64,000 nucleotides of DNA from assembly GCF_044704955.1 (NCBI RefSeq), contig NC_091989.1:104284001-104348000 (forward strand), read 5' to 3'. The position numbers were made by a program, and so were the translations under genes. The notes under the pieces were generated by a model. That model was given only the letters and a program-made list of their open reading frames with translations, did not search any database and was not told the DNA's origin. The first letter of the stretch is position 1. Each line of letters begins with the position of its first letter. Origin of the DNA: Pristiophorus japonicus. Lineage: Eukaryota. Of this stretch, positions 40,255 through 51,959 are shown piece by piece.

Positions 40255-40775
40255 GGCATAAGTCAGGATTAAGATGGAATACTCTCCACTTCCTTAGATG
40301 AGTGCACCTTCAACAATATTTATGAAGCTTGGCACCATCCAGGACAAAGCAGCCCACTTGATTGGCACCCCATTCACCATCTTAAACATTCACAACCTCC
40401 ACCACCAATGCACCATGACATATGTGTACCATCTGCAAGATGAACTTTAGCAACGACCCATGGCTTCTTTGGCAGCATCTTCAAAACCCGTGACCTCTAC
40501 CACCTAGAAGGACAAGGGCAGCAGGTGCAAAGGAATGCCATCACCTGCAACTTCCCCTCTATATTACACAGCATCCTAACGGAAATATACTGTCTTTCCT
40601 TCATAGTAGCTTGGTTTAAATCCTGGAATTCCAACACTAACAGCACTAGGAATACCTTCATCACATGGACTGCAGCTGTTCAAGAAGGCGGCTCACCACC
40701 AGCTTCTCAAGGACAATTAGGGATGAGCAATAAATGCTGACCTTGCTAGAGACTCTCACATCCGATGAACAAATA
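40255..40775 (+). mobile_element. LINE 3' end (CR1/L2-like)
   Basis: Degenerate RT C-terminus (..[19 protein letters not shown]) and a 3' UTR ending GCAATAAATGC..CACATCCGATGAAC plus an A-rich tail. Confidence 0.6.
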
Positions 40776-40799
40776 AAGAGAAAAAAACATAAATTAAAA

Positions 40800-42340
40800 A
40801 TAAGCACTTATTCCAAGCAAATCCTTCACTGCCTCCCATCCTGGTTATAACGCTGGTGTGCTCTTTATCTTCAACTGCTCACATCCAAGTTACACACACT
40901 TGACCGCATCTTGCAAAAGTGGTGGAGCCAGCCAAGGCCTATTCTGGTTGGACCAAGTGAACCATTGCAGAGTCTCACTGTAATTGTCCCGGAGAGCAAT
41001 GATAACCCATCGTTTATTTCCCTCTCCACCTACCACATGCTGACAGTTTTCTCCGCTAACGACAAATTCAAAGAGTTTATGGATTTCTTTGTCATCAAAT
41101 AGAGACCATTGGCCGAGCTGCATCTACTTCTTCCTCCTTTCCCCTTGCAGACCAGGCCAAATCTCTCCTCATGATGTAACCCAAATCCTTGTTTTCCAGT
41201 ATCTTCTCTTCTTTCTTCCCAAAATGCACTCTCTAAGCTAATCTAATTCACATGACCCACCTCCTGCTCCATACTTCCAATTCGGACTTAACCGCTGACA
41301 ACCCAACTTCCGTTTCTGGCCCCCATGATTGCTAAAGTTATTTATGGCCGCAGCTCCTAAGAGACTGTCCCCTTTCATTTGGAAACAGTTGCAATTGCCT
41401 TTTCCCAATAAACTCACACTCAACCGCCCTCTTCGTGCAAATTGCCACCACATCTCAGATCTCCATTTCCTCCCTTGAAACACTGGACCAAAAATTCTGG
41501 AAAGCGGCGTACTCCGGAGTTCGCCACTGAACTGCGAAAAGAATATGCACCAACTGAAGGCAGCCCTCCTGTGGAAATGTGTGGTCTGATGCTGCGAGCA
41601 GGCCTCCGGATCCCAGGGACGCAGCATGTGCGGAAGCGTACCTGGGATCACTTGGGCCTGGTTCTCGAATCAGAAAACTGATTTAGACTTTACATAATTT
41701 CAGAAGGGAATCTGGTAATCAAACTTAATGGAATCTGGTAATTAGATTTAATTATAATTTTCAGAATTGGAATGTTATTCCTAATTAGCTTCATTCTACC
41801 AACTTCACTAAAACTATAATTTTGTTGACAATAATTATCTACATCATTAAGACTGCAATATTTGGAGAAACAGGAAAAACTCATTTGATACATTTAAACT
41901 ATATGATTTCTGATGTGGAAACGTTCAAAACATACCTATGCTGATGCAAATAGGCCCTGTGTCTGCATCTGCCGTCAGCAATTGTTTTTTCTTGACCATG
42001 TGGGTGGCCTGTCACGCGCGGTGGATTTCAAAGGAGGTAAACTGAGAGTACACCGCCATACCCAGCGCAAAATCCGGGCCTATATCTGTTGTCACCTCCC
42101 AGCTGCCAACGTCTCCACCAGGTCCTGTTTCAATCTCCCCACTCAGTTTCTACCACTCACACAACAACAAACACGGCCTTAACCAAGGTCATGAAATATA
42201 ATATGCGTGACTGTGAAGATGGTGCATAATCTTAGAATTTTTCGTTATCAACCTCGATGGAGCATTTGACATGTTCTACCAAACCACCATTCTCCAACAC
42301 TTCTGCTTTGTATCCAACCTGGTTGGACTATCGTTACCTG
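40800..42340 (+). mobile_element. Degenerate L2-like LINE ORF2 fragment, split by a MITE-like insert at about 41484-42081
   Basis: Pyrimidine-rich L2-like sequence (ANCHISDLHF / AFDM-type motifs) resumes after the insert. The insert has GGACCAAAAATT / AAAATCCGGGCC ends. Confidence 0.55.
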
Positions 42341-42499
42341 CCAGGAAACAACACTGACTCCGCGAGTATCAGTAAATTCTGCATTTAGATGTCAAATATT
42401 TTCCCTTACCCTTTGCTGTCCGTCATACATGTGATCCGCTGTCGAAAAATTGAATAATTTAGAAAATCTCTCTCAAGAAATGAAGCCTAATTTCTGAAC

Positions 42500-42635
42500 C
42501 CGCAATTACAGGATGTCAAACGTCACTGCGATGTATCTCATAGAAAACTAACCGCAAACCAATGTTAACAGTTGTAAACTCGCAGTTCCTGCAGAAACTC
42601 ATTATTTGAATCTGTTGCTCAGAAAGTCGGCGAGT
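42500..42635 (+). promoter_or_regulatory. Putative TATA-less proximal promoter of the IgSF gene
   Basis: ETS-like CAGGATGT (about 42509), CRE half-site ACGTCA (42520), RUNX AACCGCA (42550), CCAAT (42559), MYB/E-box AACAGTTG (about 42567) and ETS TTCCTG (about 42586). Confidence 0.5.
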
Positions 42636-42678
42636 ATGCTTTTCCTGTGCCTGACTCTCCGGGGGATTATTTACACAG
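42636..42678 (+). CDS. IgSF receptor exon 1, leader peptide
   Basis: ATG..MLFLCLTLRGIIYT, then CAG|GTATCT; phase 1, matching the next exon. Confidence 0.75.
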
Positions 42679-42846
42679 GTATCTCTTTATTCATTGTCTC
42701 AGCTACTTTAATTTATAAAATGCTTCCAACATAGTTTCCACACCAACTTAGTGAAAAGTACTTCCTCTATCTAGATTATTTTCTGTCTTCCATCTCCATG
42801 TCCTGTCTAATACAATTAACCTGTACTTGACGATATTTCCTTCCAG

Positions 42847-43170
42847 CAGCGGGCCAGATTTCGTTTAGTGTGACTCAAGCGCCCAAACAAACGACTGTGT
42901 CCAGAGGTGGGAACATCACCTTCTATTGCATATTCCCCACCTCTCAGGACCCATTCTCCTGGGTAAGAGTGTATTGGTGGAAACAGGGTGAGAATGAATA
43001 CCTGCGCACAAGCACCGACAAAAGAAAACAATTTGGTCTGGAAAATAAAGCGAGCAGTTACTTTCAGTTGCTGAGCGCGACTTTCCAAGACTCTGGGGTC
43101 TATCAGTGCGCAGTGTTCTATCGGGGAGCAGTTAGAGGAAATGGAACCGGCTCACAACTAATTGTACATG
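42847..43170 (+). CDS. IgSF receptor exon 2, single-exon VJ-type variable domain (NKp30/NCR3-like)
   Basis: Acceptor TTTCCTTCCAG. Encodes SVTQAP..ITFYC..VYWWKQ..DSGVYQCAV..GNGTGSQLIVH. Donor G|GTAAGT; phase 1/1. Confidence 0.95.
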
Positions 43171-44210
43171 GTAAGTGTGAAACACAGGAGAGCGGGACTG
43201 TCGAAAATATATCGAATGTAACAAACGGGCATGTTTTGTGATTCTTTTATTGCGCCGTTTTTGGCAGTATAAACATGTCTATTAATACATTTCGCGATAA
43301 GTTAAGTTGTATGTTCGTGTTCTCTGCACAGAACTGCTAAGGAGACATTAAATATCACAGACAAAATACTGCTAAATGTATTACTATTAACCAATTAGAC
43401 TATAACTCCACAGACAATTTATATACCTGATCTCTGAAAGCGGCATTCAGAACAAATCCCACGCATATAACTGACTGAAAACCGTTCATATTAACGCCTC
43501 TGCCAACATATATCGGCTCTTAGCCCATTTCTGATGCTCTGGCTGCCCTCATCGCTTTTTTTGCGGTTTAACATTCCTGAAATTAATTCTCACATAATGT
43601 TAGCGTCAGGGATTTGAACGTCAGCCTGCAACTAACTGTTGATCAACGGGTTCATTCAACAAACTGGATCTTGGAACACACAACCTTGTCATCTCAATAA
43701 CCTCCAATAATTCAAACAGTACACCGGAACTGTGTTGCCGAAACCTCCTGAGGTTCAACCGAGTATAAATTCTTTCAGCAATTTTCATGTTTCGGCTGTG
43801 AGTTCTGTCCGATACCGACTAAGGGCGTGGTTTTATCATCAAAAATGTGCAGATTATTCGGCACAGACTGTGCGCAACAAACACGGAGAGACTCAGCGCG
43901 CCAACTTGTCTCGAGGTTTATTTACTTAACTATTTGGACTATGAAAAGCCAGCTTTCATTAGCAAATCGTTGCGACTTGTCTGCTGAGTAACCGAAAGTC
44001 TTGCACTTGATAGCGCAGGTAAAATTGAACAGATGCGGGTGTCTGTGAGCGATATGGATGTAGATGGTGAGCGTAACATTAAAAAGACAGGAGTCTGCGC
44101 TTTCGAATTGTGCTTTTATAATAAAATAGACAGAACTTAAATCAGCAACCTTATTTAATTTCTCTCAATGCTGTCCAGTAACTCGACTTTGTTCATTCTC
44201 TGTTCCGCAG

Positions 44211-44522
44211 CGGCCCCAACTCCACTGAAGATTGTCTCCGGGACAACTGAAGGGAGTTCATCTGTGTCTCTGACTCTTGTGTATAAAACGGCTGCGTTCT
44301 ATCCGGAGAATTTCACCCTCACTTGGTACAAAAATGGCGTAGAAATTGCATTAATAACAGATACAAATAAAGTGCAGAACACCGAGGGACTGTATGAAGT
44401 TTCCAGCTCTTTGGCTGAGACGCAGCCTGTCCCGAGCGACACCAATTATACCTGTTTGGTATCTCATGTCTCCCTCTCGACTCCAGCTGTGGTCACATAT
44501 ACTGTTTCTAAATCTAACCAAG
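44211..44522 (+). CDS. IgSF receptor exon 3, C1-set constant domain
   Basis: Acceptor TGTTCCGCAG. Encodes TLV(Y)KTAAFYPENFTLTWYKNG..GLYEVSSSL..NYTCLVSHVSL. Donor AAG|GTATGT; phase 1/1. Confidence 0.95.
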
Positions 44523-44785
44523 GTATGTGGCCAACAGTCCAAAAAGGTGAAACTGTTATATTCGTAAACAGATATAACTTACAGTTTGTACATGCTGATA
44601 ATCATGAACTTAGTCCACAGAAGTCCCATGGGAGATATCAACGAAAGCATTAAATTCATGTTTTAATATATAACATAAGTAAACCCGATCTGTTGAAAAA
44701 CTGGTTCGATCGCCCGCCACACATATATTCTCAGTCAAATCTAATTTGCCTTCCAATTCCTCTATTTGATGTATGATAAATATAA

Positions 44786-45620
44786 GAACATAAGAACATG
44801 AGAACATAAGAAATAGGAGGAACAGTAGGCCATACGGCCCATCGAACCTGCTCCACCGTTCAATAAGATCATAGCTGATCTTCTACCCCAACTCCATTTT
44901 TCCGTCCTATCCTCATATCCCTTGATTCCTTTAGTGCCCAAAAGCCTATCGATCTCAGGCTTGAATATTTTGATCGAGTGAGCATCCACAGCTAACCGGG
45001 GCAGAGTATTCCGAAGATTCACAAAAATCTGAATGAAGACATTTCTCCTCGTTCCAGATTCTCCAGTCGGGGGAACCGTCCTGTCAGTATTTACCCTGTC
45101 AAGCCTGTCAAGTGGAGGTACGGTAGCATAGTGGTTATGTTACTGGACTAGTAACACAGCGACCTGGAATAATGTTCTCAAAATCTGAATTTAAAACCCA
45201 CCATGGCAGCTGGGGAATTTAAATTCAGTTCATCAAATAAATCTGGAATAACACACTAGTATCACTAATGGTGACCATGAAACAATCGGACGAAGAAATT
45301 ACCAAATTTTCATAAAAACCCATCTGGTTCAAGAACAACGACTAATTTTTTTTTAAACTCTAAGAATGTTATACATTTCAAAGATATCACCTTTCATTCT
45401 TCTAAACTCCAGAGAATATAGGCCCGTTCTATTCAACCTCTCCTCACAGAACCTCCCTCTTATCCCTGGAATCAAACTAATGAATCTTCATTGCCTCTCA
45501 GGCAAGTATATCTTTCCTTAGGTAAGAAGACCAAAACTGTAAACAGTACCGCTCTCTCACCAACGGCCTATATAATTGCAGTAATAATTTCTTGTTCTTA
45601 ACCTCCAACTCCCTGGAAAC
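44786..45620 (-). mobile_element. Intronic CR1 3' fragment, interrupted by a SINE
   Basis: GAACATAA repeats at about 44786-44812. CR1 RT-like sequence resumes at about 45358. Confidence 0.8.
45113..45331 (+). mobile_element. tRNA-derived SINE fragment
   Basis: A-box-like TAGCATAGTGG at 45124-45134, a tRNA-like head, and the body GGTGACCATGAAAC..AAAAACCCATCTGGTTCA. Confidence 0.65.
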
Positions 45621-46697
45621 ATAAGCACCAATGTATATTTTATCCCATTATATTTCCTCTCCCACTTATTATTAATAATAATTTTCAGTTTCTTCTGTTT
45701 CTATGTTAATATTGTTTTACACTTTTCCATTGTCTGCTCCCCTTGCAAGACTGTTACCAAGATCTAGATTCATGTCGTTTGTGCTCGGGTTTCTCCCAAT
45801 ACAGTTCCTGATCCTGACCCCACTTTCGGAAAGTTCAGCTAAATATCACCAAGAGATTTATCTTTGTTGTTCCATTATATTTCATATTCTGGCCGTTAGT
45901 AATCATTATTTGTTTGTCTCCATGTTAAAATGATTTTATTCGTTTACATTATCTAGTTTTCCTGCATCAAGATTGTTATCAGGAGCGGTGGTGAAGCTGC
46001 CTGCACTCGCGCTTCTCCCAATGCAGAATACCGTCATGACCTTCCTTTTTCCGCGATCCCTGGTGAATTTGTCTGAAATTTATCCTCTGGCCAAATCTTA
46101 TACCTTATCTATCCATGGCATTGCGCCAAACCTCTCTCATACACTTAATTTAAAATGTGCTCACAACCTGCCTGCAATACAACCGGTTACATGTTTTTAA
46201 TAACTACTGATTGCCTCGCCAGACGTTTATTTATAAACCCGTCGCTCTCCTTTACTATTTACAGACATTCTTACTTCAATACATGCGATGTGTGTATTGC
46301 GGGTTTAACCGATTTCTGTAATTCGGCATTTATGCTGGCAACACCTAAACAATTGTCACTATCAAACAATTAAGTAAAGAACATAATAAAAGTCAAGAAC
46401 AATAACAAAGCATTTGGTCCAGGGAAATTGTCCCTCTAGTATTCCACCTCCGCTGCGCCAGTATTCGGAAACCTTAAATTCGGGATCCCGCAAATAATTC
46501 CAAATGCTTCTCATCCATTCGATGATGAAGTTCGCTTTAATATTTTATGTAAAAAAATAATTATTATACTTCAGTTTCCGTTCTATACTGCGAAGTTACA
46601 GAAGATGCCATTAGTTTAACCAATAAGCCCAGCTTAGGCCTCTTTTTACAAAACACCCATCATAATGTACCATTTAATGCTCCTATTTCTCTTGCAG

Positions 46698-46811
46698 ATA
46701 TTGCCGGTATATCCTCTTACTACTCGTGTTTTAGATATGCGGTGGGTGGACTGGTGATTCTCGTACTCTTTATCATCATTGGGAGGTACTGCCAATTTCA
46801 GATTAATAAAG
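46698..46811 (+). CDS. IgSF receptor exon 4, transmembrane segment
   Basis: Acceptor TATTTCTCTTGCAG. Encodes DIAGISSYYSCFRYAVGGLVILVLFIIIGRYCQFQINK. Donor AAG|GTAAGA; phase 1/1. Confidence 0.85.
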
Positions 46812-46995
46812 GTAAGATCTACTGTAAGCATTTGATTTTAATACAGAAATTCGGAGAGCAGACGGGTGAAGAGGAGTGAGTGTCTAGGAATAACACAGAA
46901 CAAGGGAAACTCTATTAGGGCTGAAACGTGAAGTCAGTGTTTTCTGTTTTCAGGGTCCACTGATCCAAACAGTAATAAATTCTGCAGTTCAAAAC

Positions 46996-47143
46996 ATAGA
47001 AACATAGAAAATAGGTGCAGGAGTAGGCCATTCGGCCCTTCTAGCCTGCACCACCATTCAATGAGTTCATGGCTGAACATGCAACTTCAGTATCCCATTC
47101 CTGCTTTCTCACCATACCCCTTGATTCCCCTGGTAGTAAGGAC
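46996..47143 (-). mobile_element. Short CR1 3'-tail insertion with an 8-bp TSD
   Basis: TTCAAAAC at 46988-46995 and 47144-47151 flanks the CR1 3' UTR and tail. Confidence 0.9.
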
Positions 47144-47690
47144 TTCAAAACGCAGAAATATTCCCAAAATCAAATTAAAAATAGATCCGATTATCTCCAT
47201 AAATGCAACAGAAATTTCCACTTTACGGTAAGTGATGAATGAAATTTGCCCTGACATACAATTACTTTCCAAACCAGTCCGTGTGGGTCAGCCATTAGTT
47301 TGAGTGAAGCGTTGTGAAGCTCTGATCCTGAATGGCTGTAGAAGAAGAGTGCAAGGTGCCTTTGTGACTTCTTTTAACAGCACACCAGCTACCACAGGGG
47401 CTTGGCAGAGCAAGGTCTTAGTCCAATGGCAAGGGGATCCAAGACGATTGCAGACCAGGTTCCTCTTTATGGGTCGAGTACCCACACAGATTCGACTCCG
47501 AGGGACTGCCTAAGACGAAATGGCTGCCGACCATTGCTGCTGGCTGCAGGAGCTGCAATGTCGGCAACATCTGAAACTGATAATCATGTTCGACTTATTA
47601 CGTTCTCGAGAAATATGATTGAAACCACTTATATAGAAATTGAGTAAATACGTCAATCATTCATTATGATTAAACGACATTAATTCACAG

Positions 47691-47740
47691 ATAAAAATGG
47701 TGTAAAAGAAGCGCAGCGCCGTGACGAACCAATACGTTGA
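47691..47740 (+). CDS. Candidate cytoplasmic exon 5 (DKNGVKEAQRRDEP; reads through to IR*)
   Basis: Acceptor TAATTCACAG, open in phase 1. The expected phase-0 donor position reads ATACGT instead of GTACGT. TGA at 47738-47740. Confidence 0.45.
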
Positions 47741-48384
47741 TTCATCCATCTGCGCAAAGGGCTGAAATATGAAGAAAGGTTGCTGTATTGGAGAGATGTT
47801 ATCATAATCATGTCAGAACAGTTTGTCGATGTTATAAAATTATTTGCCCTGCGTAACGGGTCATTCAAATCGTGTTTAGAAAAATGTTTAACACCAGGAG
47901 CTCGGGATGATATTGGTCTTCCGGAAAAAAAATCGAGCGTGGTGTAAACCCGGTTGCCGATTCGCTATGGCTGGTTTCGCGCTAATTTCTCACCCGCACC
48001 CGATGCTTACTGTTATAAATGGGTAAAGAGCAGAAATGAAAACTGTCAATTTCGTTGAAAATCAATCTCGGTAATAATTGTTTATACAGCCAATAATATT
48101 TGTTTTGGGGGAAAGAGCTTACTGAATCCGTCTTCTAGAACTACTGCACATTTAAATATTTCTGTAACTGTTTTGCTGAGATAACATCGATATGTTTAAA
48201 TATTAGTTACAATGACTGCAGTAATTATCGGCCTTCATATTCGCACTTATTTAAAGATAGTAATTTTGGTGTTTGTGTTTTATCTCTTGCCCAAACCATT
48301 CTGTTCAATGTTTCAGATGTGTGTAAACTGGTGAATGCAATGTAACAGATACATAACAAAGTATTTTGTTTCTGGCCCATGTAG

Positions 48385-48570
48385 GAAGCAAAGGCTGACA
48401 TCACTAATATGCAGCAGTAGATCGGAGCAGAACTATATAAACTCCAAGACCTAAACTTGAACTGGAGAGGGCCGAGGGACTGAGAAGCGGATCAATCAGA
48501 TGCAGTAGCACCGGCATTCATGCGATAACGGAGAAAAGAAGGTTGGCTGACTCTAGTCGTGTATTGTAGC
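48385..48570 (+). pseudogene. Candidate decayed terminal exon with an out-of-frame ITIM-like YAAV
   Basis: Acceptor TTTCTGGCCCATGTAG. Phase 0 gives EAKADITNMQQ*; the shifted frame gives YAAVDRSRTI*TPRPKLELERAE. AATAAA at 48820. Confidence 0.45.
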
Positions 48571-50540
48571 TCAGGCTGTTTGTGTGTTATTCTGATGACG
48601 ACTTTCAGCAGCTGCCAGGAAACTGGTAAAACGACCGATTAACAATCGTTCTAAACACGGCTTTAATGAACAAACAAGGGACCGACGCGACTATCGAATT
48701 ATCACGGTCCAAAAATCAAATGAAAACAGAGTAACTTATTCCAGTATTATATCATAGAATGTAGGTGTAATTTTATGTTATCGCTTTAATATTTGAGGAA
48801 TTTTCATTTAAACACTTGTAATAAAATGACCATTGCTTGTATATTTTTGATCAATCTGTAGTATTTAACAGACGACAAATATCTGCACTAATACGATCAT
48901 TCCTTTGCTATATCGAGTTATCATCATACATAAATTCAATAAAAAATAATACTATTAGATCTCTCTCTCATCAATCAACCTTTCATGATTTTCTTTGCGA
49001 ATAAAACTACAAAGCCTGAGTTTTGATGTGTGTGTTGGGTTACTGTATCCTGACTTCCACTGCAGGCCCTTCTCCTGATTTGGACGATCCAGTCTATGAA
49101 CTATTCCATAAACCATCTGAACGCAGCTTGCAGATGATGGGGCATGAGATGCCTTTCTCTAAATTCTGCATTACTATCCATTCCTATTTGAAACGATGCA
49201 ACCTGAAAACTTCAAGTTGCTAACAAAGAAATGGCCTCGAATATTCTCATTAGATTTTGTCTTAGAAAGGATAATGTTTCTAGAATGTTTCTAGTCAGAC
49301 GAGCAGCAGTAATGAATCCTAGAGGTTGTGAGAGGATCCCTGCAGAAGTTGTGAGAGGATCCCTACAGAATTAACGGCGAAGCGGCATTTAAACATTTCA
49401 AAGACGTGGACAATATCAATATTAGTAGCGAGTAAGGTTTGACATGTAGTCAGAATTAACAAGCCCCAGTAAGCGAGTATAACTACAATCATTTACCTAT
49501 TTTAACGTGGCTGCCTCGTCAGCTGAAATTTAACTGCGATTCCACGATTACACTGTGAGTATTGAGGAAGGAGATCACTTGACTTAAAGTGTTTAAACAT
49601 TGCGCGGCAAGTTACTGGAAGAAAGACAGCCCAACAGTTCCAGTGACACGCTTTTAGCTCCGAATTTAAAGATAATACAAGACGAAGTGAATCCGTTGCC
49701 TCTTCGGCCGAACTGTTCTGGATTGATGACTGTGTGCATTAACACGCATTTTAGAATCCTGAAATATTACAGCACAGATTTTGGTCAGGAGGCTCTAAAA
49801 GTCGGTACTTTTGTTCCTCCCCATTTGAAACACTTCGTTAGTTCCAATGTTCTTTTATATTTCTATTATCTTTAATATACCTCTTTTTCAAGCAACTAAT
49901 TCACTTCTAAAATAATTGCTGGGCGGTGATTCAACAACGTTCTGTGGCAGAGAACGTCCACATTCATATTCCAACAAGCCTCTGTGCAAAGAGTATTTTA
50001 CCGCTTTATGTTTTGCGATTATATTCAAGTTACGCTCACGCGTCACCGTCTACCTGTTATTGGAAATATTCTATCACTATTTGCTTATCATAAAGCCTCA
50101 TAGTCTTGAAAACTTATATCAGGTCACTCCTCAATCTTTTCAGCTTCACTGAAAAATGTCCACGCTTCTCAAATAATAACCGTCCATACATGGTCATTTA
50201 GACGGCACTTTTTAATTTCATTTTGTATTCTTCCATAGTTTACACAAGCTCTTACCTCATGTGAGCATTACCTCCTTGCTGGTATATATGTCACCAAATT
50301 CTAAATCAACAACTCCGATTACACTTTTACTGCATAATACATTTATGTTGCCACCATTCATTGAGATCCGTCTGCTCCTCTGCACCATTAAAAAGCCTAC
50401 CATTCAAGATGTATTTCTTGTTCCGACTTATACCTCCATAACTGCGGCATTTCTCATGTCTCTGCATTCTACATTAAACATGTATCTGCCCTTCGAGCTA
50501 ACTATCGATGTCGCCTGCAGCAATTCAGGATCTGCATCAT

Positions 50541-50846
50541 ATGGGTCGGAGAGGAATTTTCCCAGATTTTTTCTTCCTAAATTGGCCTGGGTTTTTAATC
50601 TGATTTTTGCCTCTCCCGGGAGATCACATGGCTCCGGTTGGGGTGGAGTGCAGATGTTTTTAGTATAAGGGGTGTCGCAGTTGTGTGAGGCTGTCTGGTT
50701 GGGCTGGGTGCTCTTTGCTTTTCCGTCATTGTTCATAGGTTTATGTGTAACCTTTAGGGCTGCTGACGGCGCAGCTCTTTGTCGACAGGTGTGGATACGA
50801 TGGGCTGAAATGGCCTCCTTCTGCGCTGTAAATGGCTATGTTTCTA
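50541..50846 (+). mobile_element. CR1 3' UTR fragment (family of 17831-21444)
   Basis: Near-copy of 21128-21443. Confidence 0.9.
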
Positions 50847-51731
50847 TAATTGCCTTCCCGACTCCCCTTTAGTCATCATCTGCAAATGTTAATGTTGTTC
50901 CCTCAATTTCTCAACAAGATTATTGATATTTAAAGTAAACATAATCAAACACAGTGTCCCTGGGTCACCACTCGGGGTGGCTTGCCAATCCTAGAAACGT
51001 CGTTTTATCCTTAAACTTATGTTGATATCGCCCAACCATCTCCCTATCCATCTACCATGGAGCCCTCACTTCCGTGTGCCTTCTTCACATGTGGTACCGC
51101 ATCAAATGCGTTTTTTAAATCCACATGAACTGCATCTGCTGCATTTCATTTATCTATTCCCTCTCTTATTTCTTCAGTGAATTGTGTAATTGAAGCACGA
51201 TCTGTCTTTTGCAAAATTCGTGCTGACTCGGCTGCATTAGCTCAACATTCTGCAAGAGATTAGCAGATTTATCTCGAATGATACAGGGCCTGCGAGCTGT
51301 AAGTAAATGTGCAACTGTTTACCTATCATTATGTTGCAATCTGTATCACATGATATTTTATGGTCTAATAATAATTCGTCGGCTTGAAGATGGAGATTAA
51401 ATCAGCGTGGAGTAGGTTACGTAAACGAAAGTAATGTACATCAGTAAAAGATGAGTATTTGAACGTCCTATCAGTCCTGTGTTCTGGCTGAATGAAAGGT
51501 ATCAACGGAAATGTTCACCGATCTTTTTTATTCGCTGCACGAGATGTGTTGCTAAATATTGGCACGAGCATATCGCTTTCTCGAGCAAAGTAAACACCAT
51601 GGCTCAGTAGCTCCGCTCCAAGCACCAACTGCTCAAAGTTTAAATTTATCTGTTAATTGCAACATCATGAACACGCGTTGGGTGTCGAATAATGGTGGGT
51701 ATTAAGCACCATGTTTCAATATAATTACAAC

Positions 51732-51958
51732 AACATAAGAACGTAAGAAATACGAACAGGAGTAGGCCATACGCTCCTGAGCCTGCTCCGCCATTCAATA
51801 AGATAATGGCTGATCTGATCGTGGACTCAGCTCCAGATCCCCGCCAACTCCCCATAACCCGTTATTCCCTTATCGTTTAAGAAATTGACTATTTCTGTCT
51901 TAAATTTATTCAATGGCACAACTTCCACAGCTCTCTGAGGCAGCAAATTCCACAGATG
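51732..51958 (-). mobile_element. CR1 3' tail fragment
   Basis: Begins AACATAAGAACGTAAGAAATA..GGAGTAGGCCAT. Confidence 0.8.
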
Positions 51959-51959
51959 T

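Noticed and set aside
42847-44522. Calling the V and C1 exons a rearranging TCR or Ig locus, or assigning the symbol NCR3
   Set aside because: I see no heptamer/nonamer RSS or separate J segments, and the J-like strand is in the V exon. NCR3 has no C1 domain, so orthology is unsupported.
45113-45200. Functional tRNA gene
   Set aside because: There is no clean cloverleaf or B-box, and it continues into a SINE body inserted in a CR1 fragment.
46847-46876. Mini-exon after the TM exon (TACAG|..|GTGAGT)
   Set aside because: It would need a 35-nt intron, too short for vertebrates, and has an in-frame TGA.
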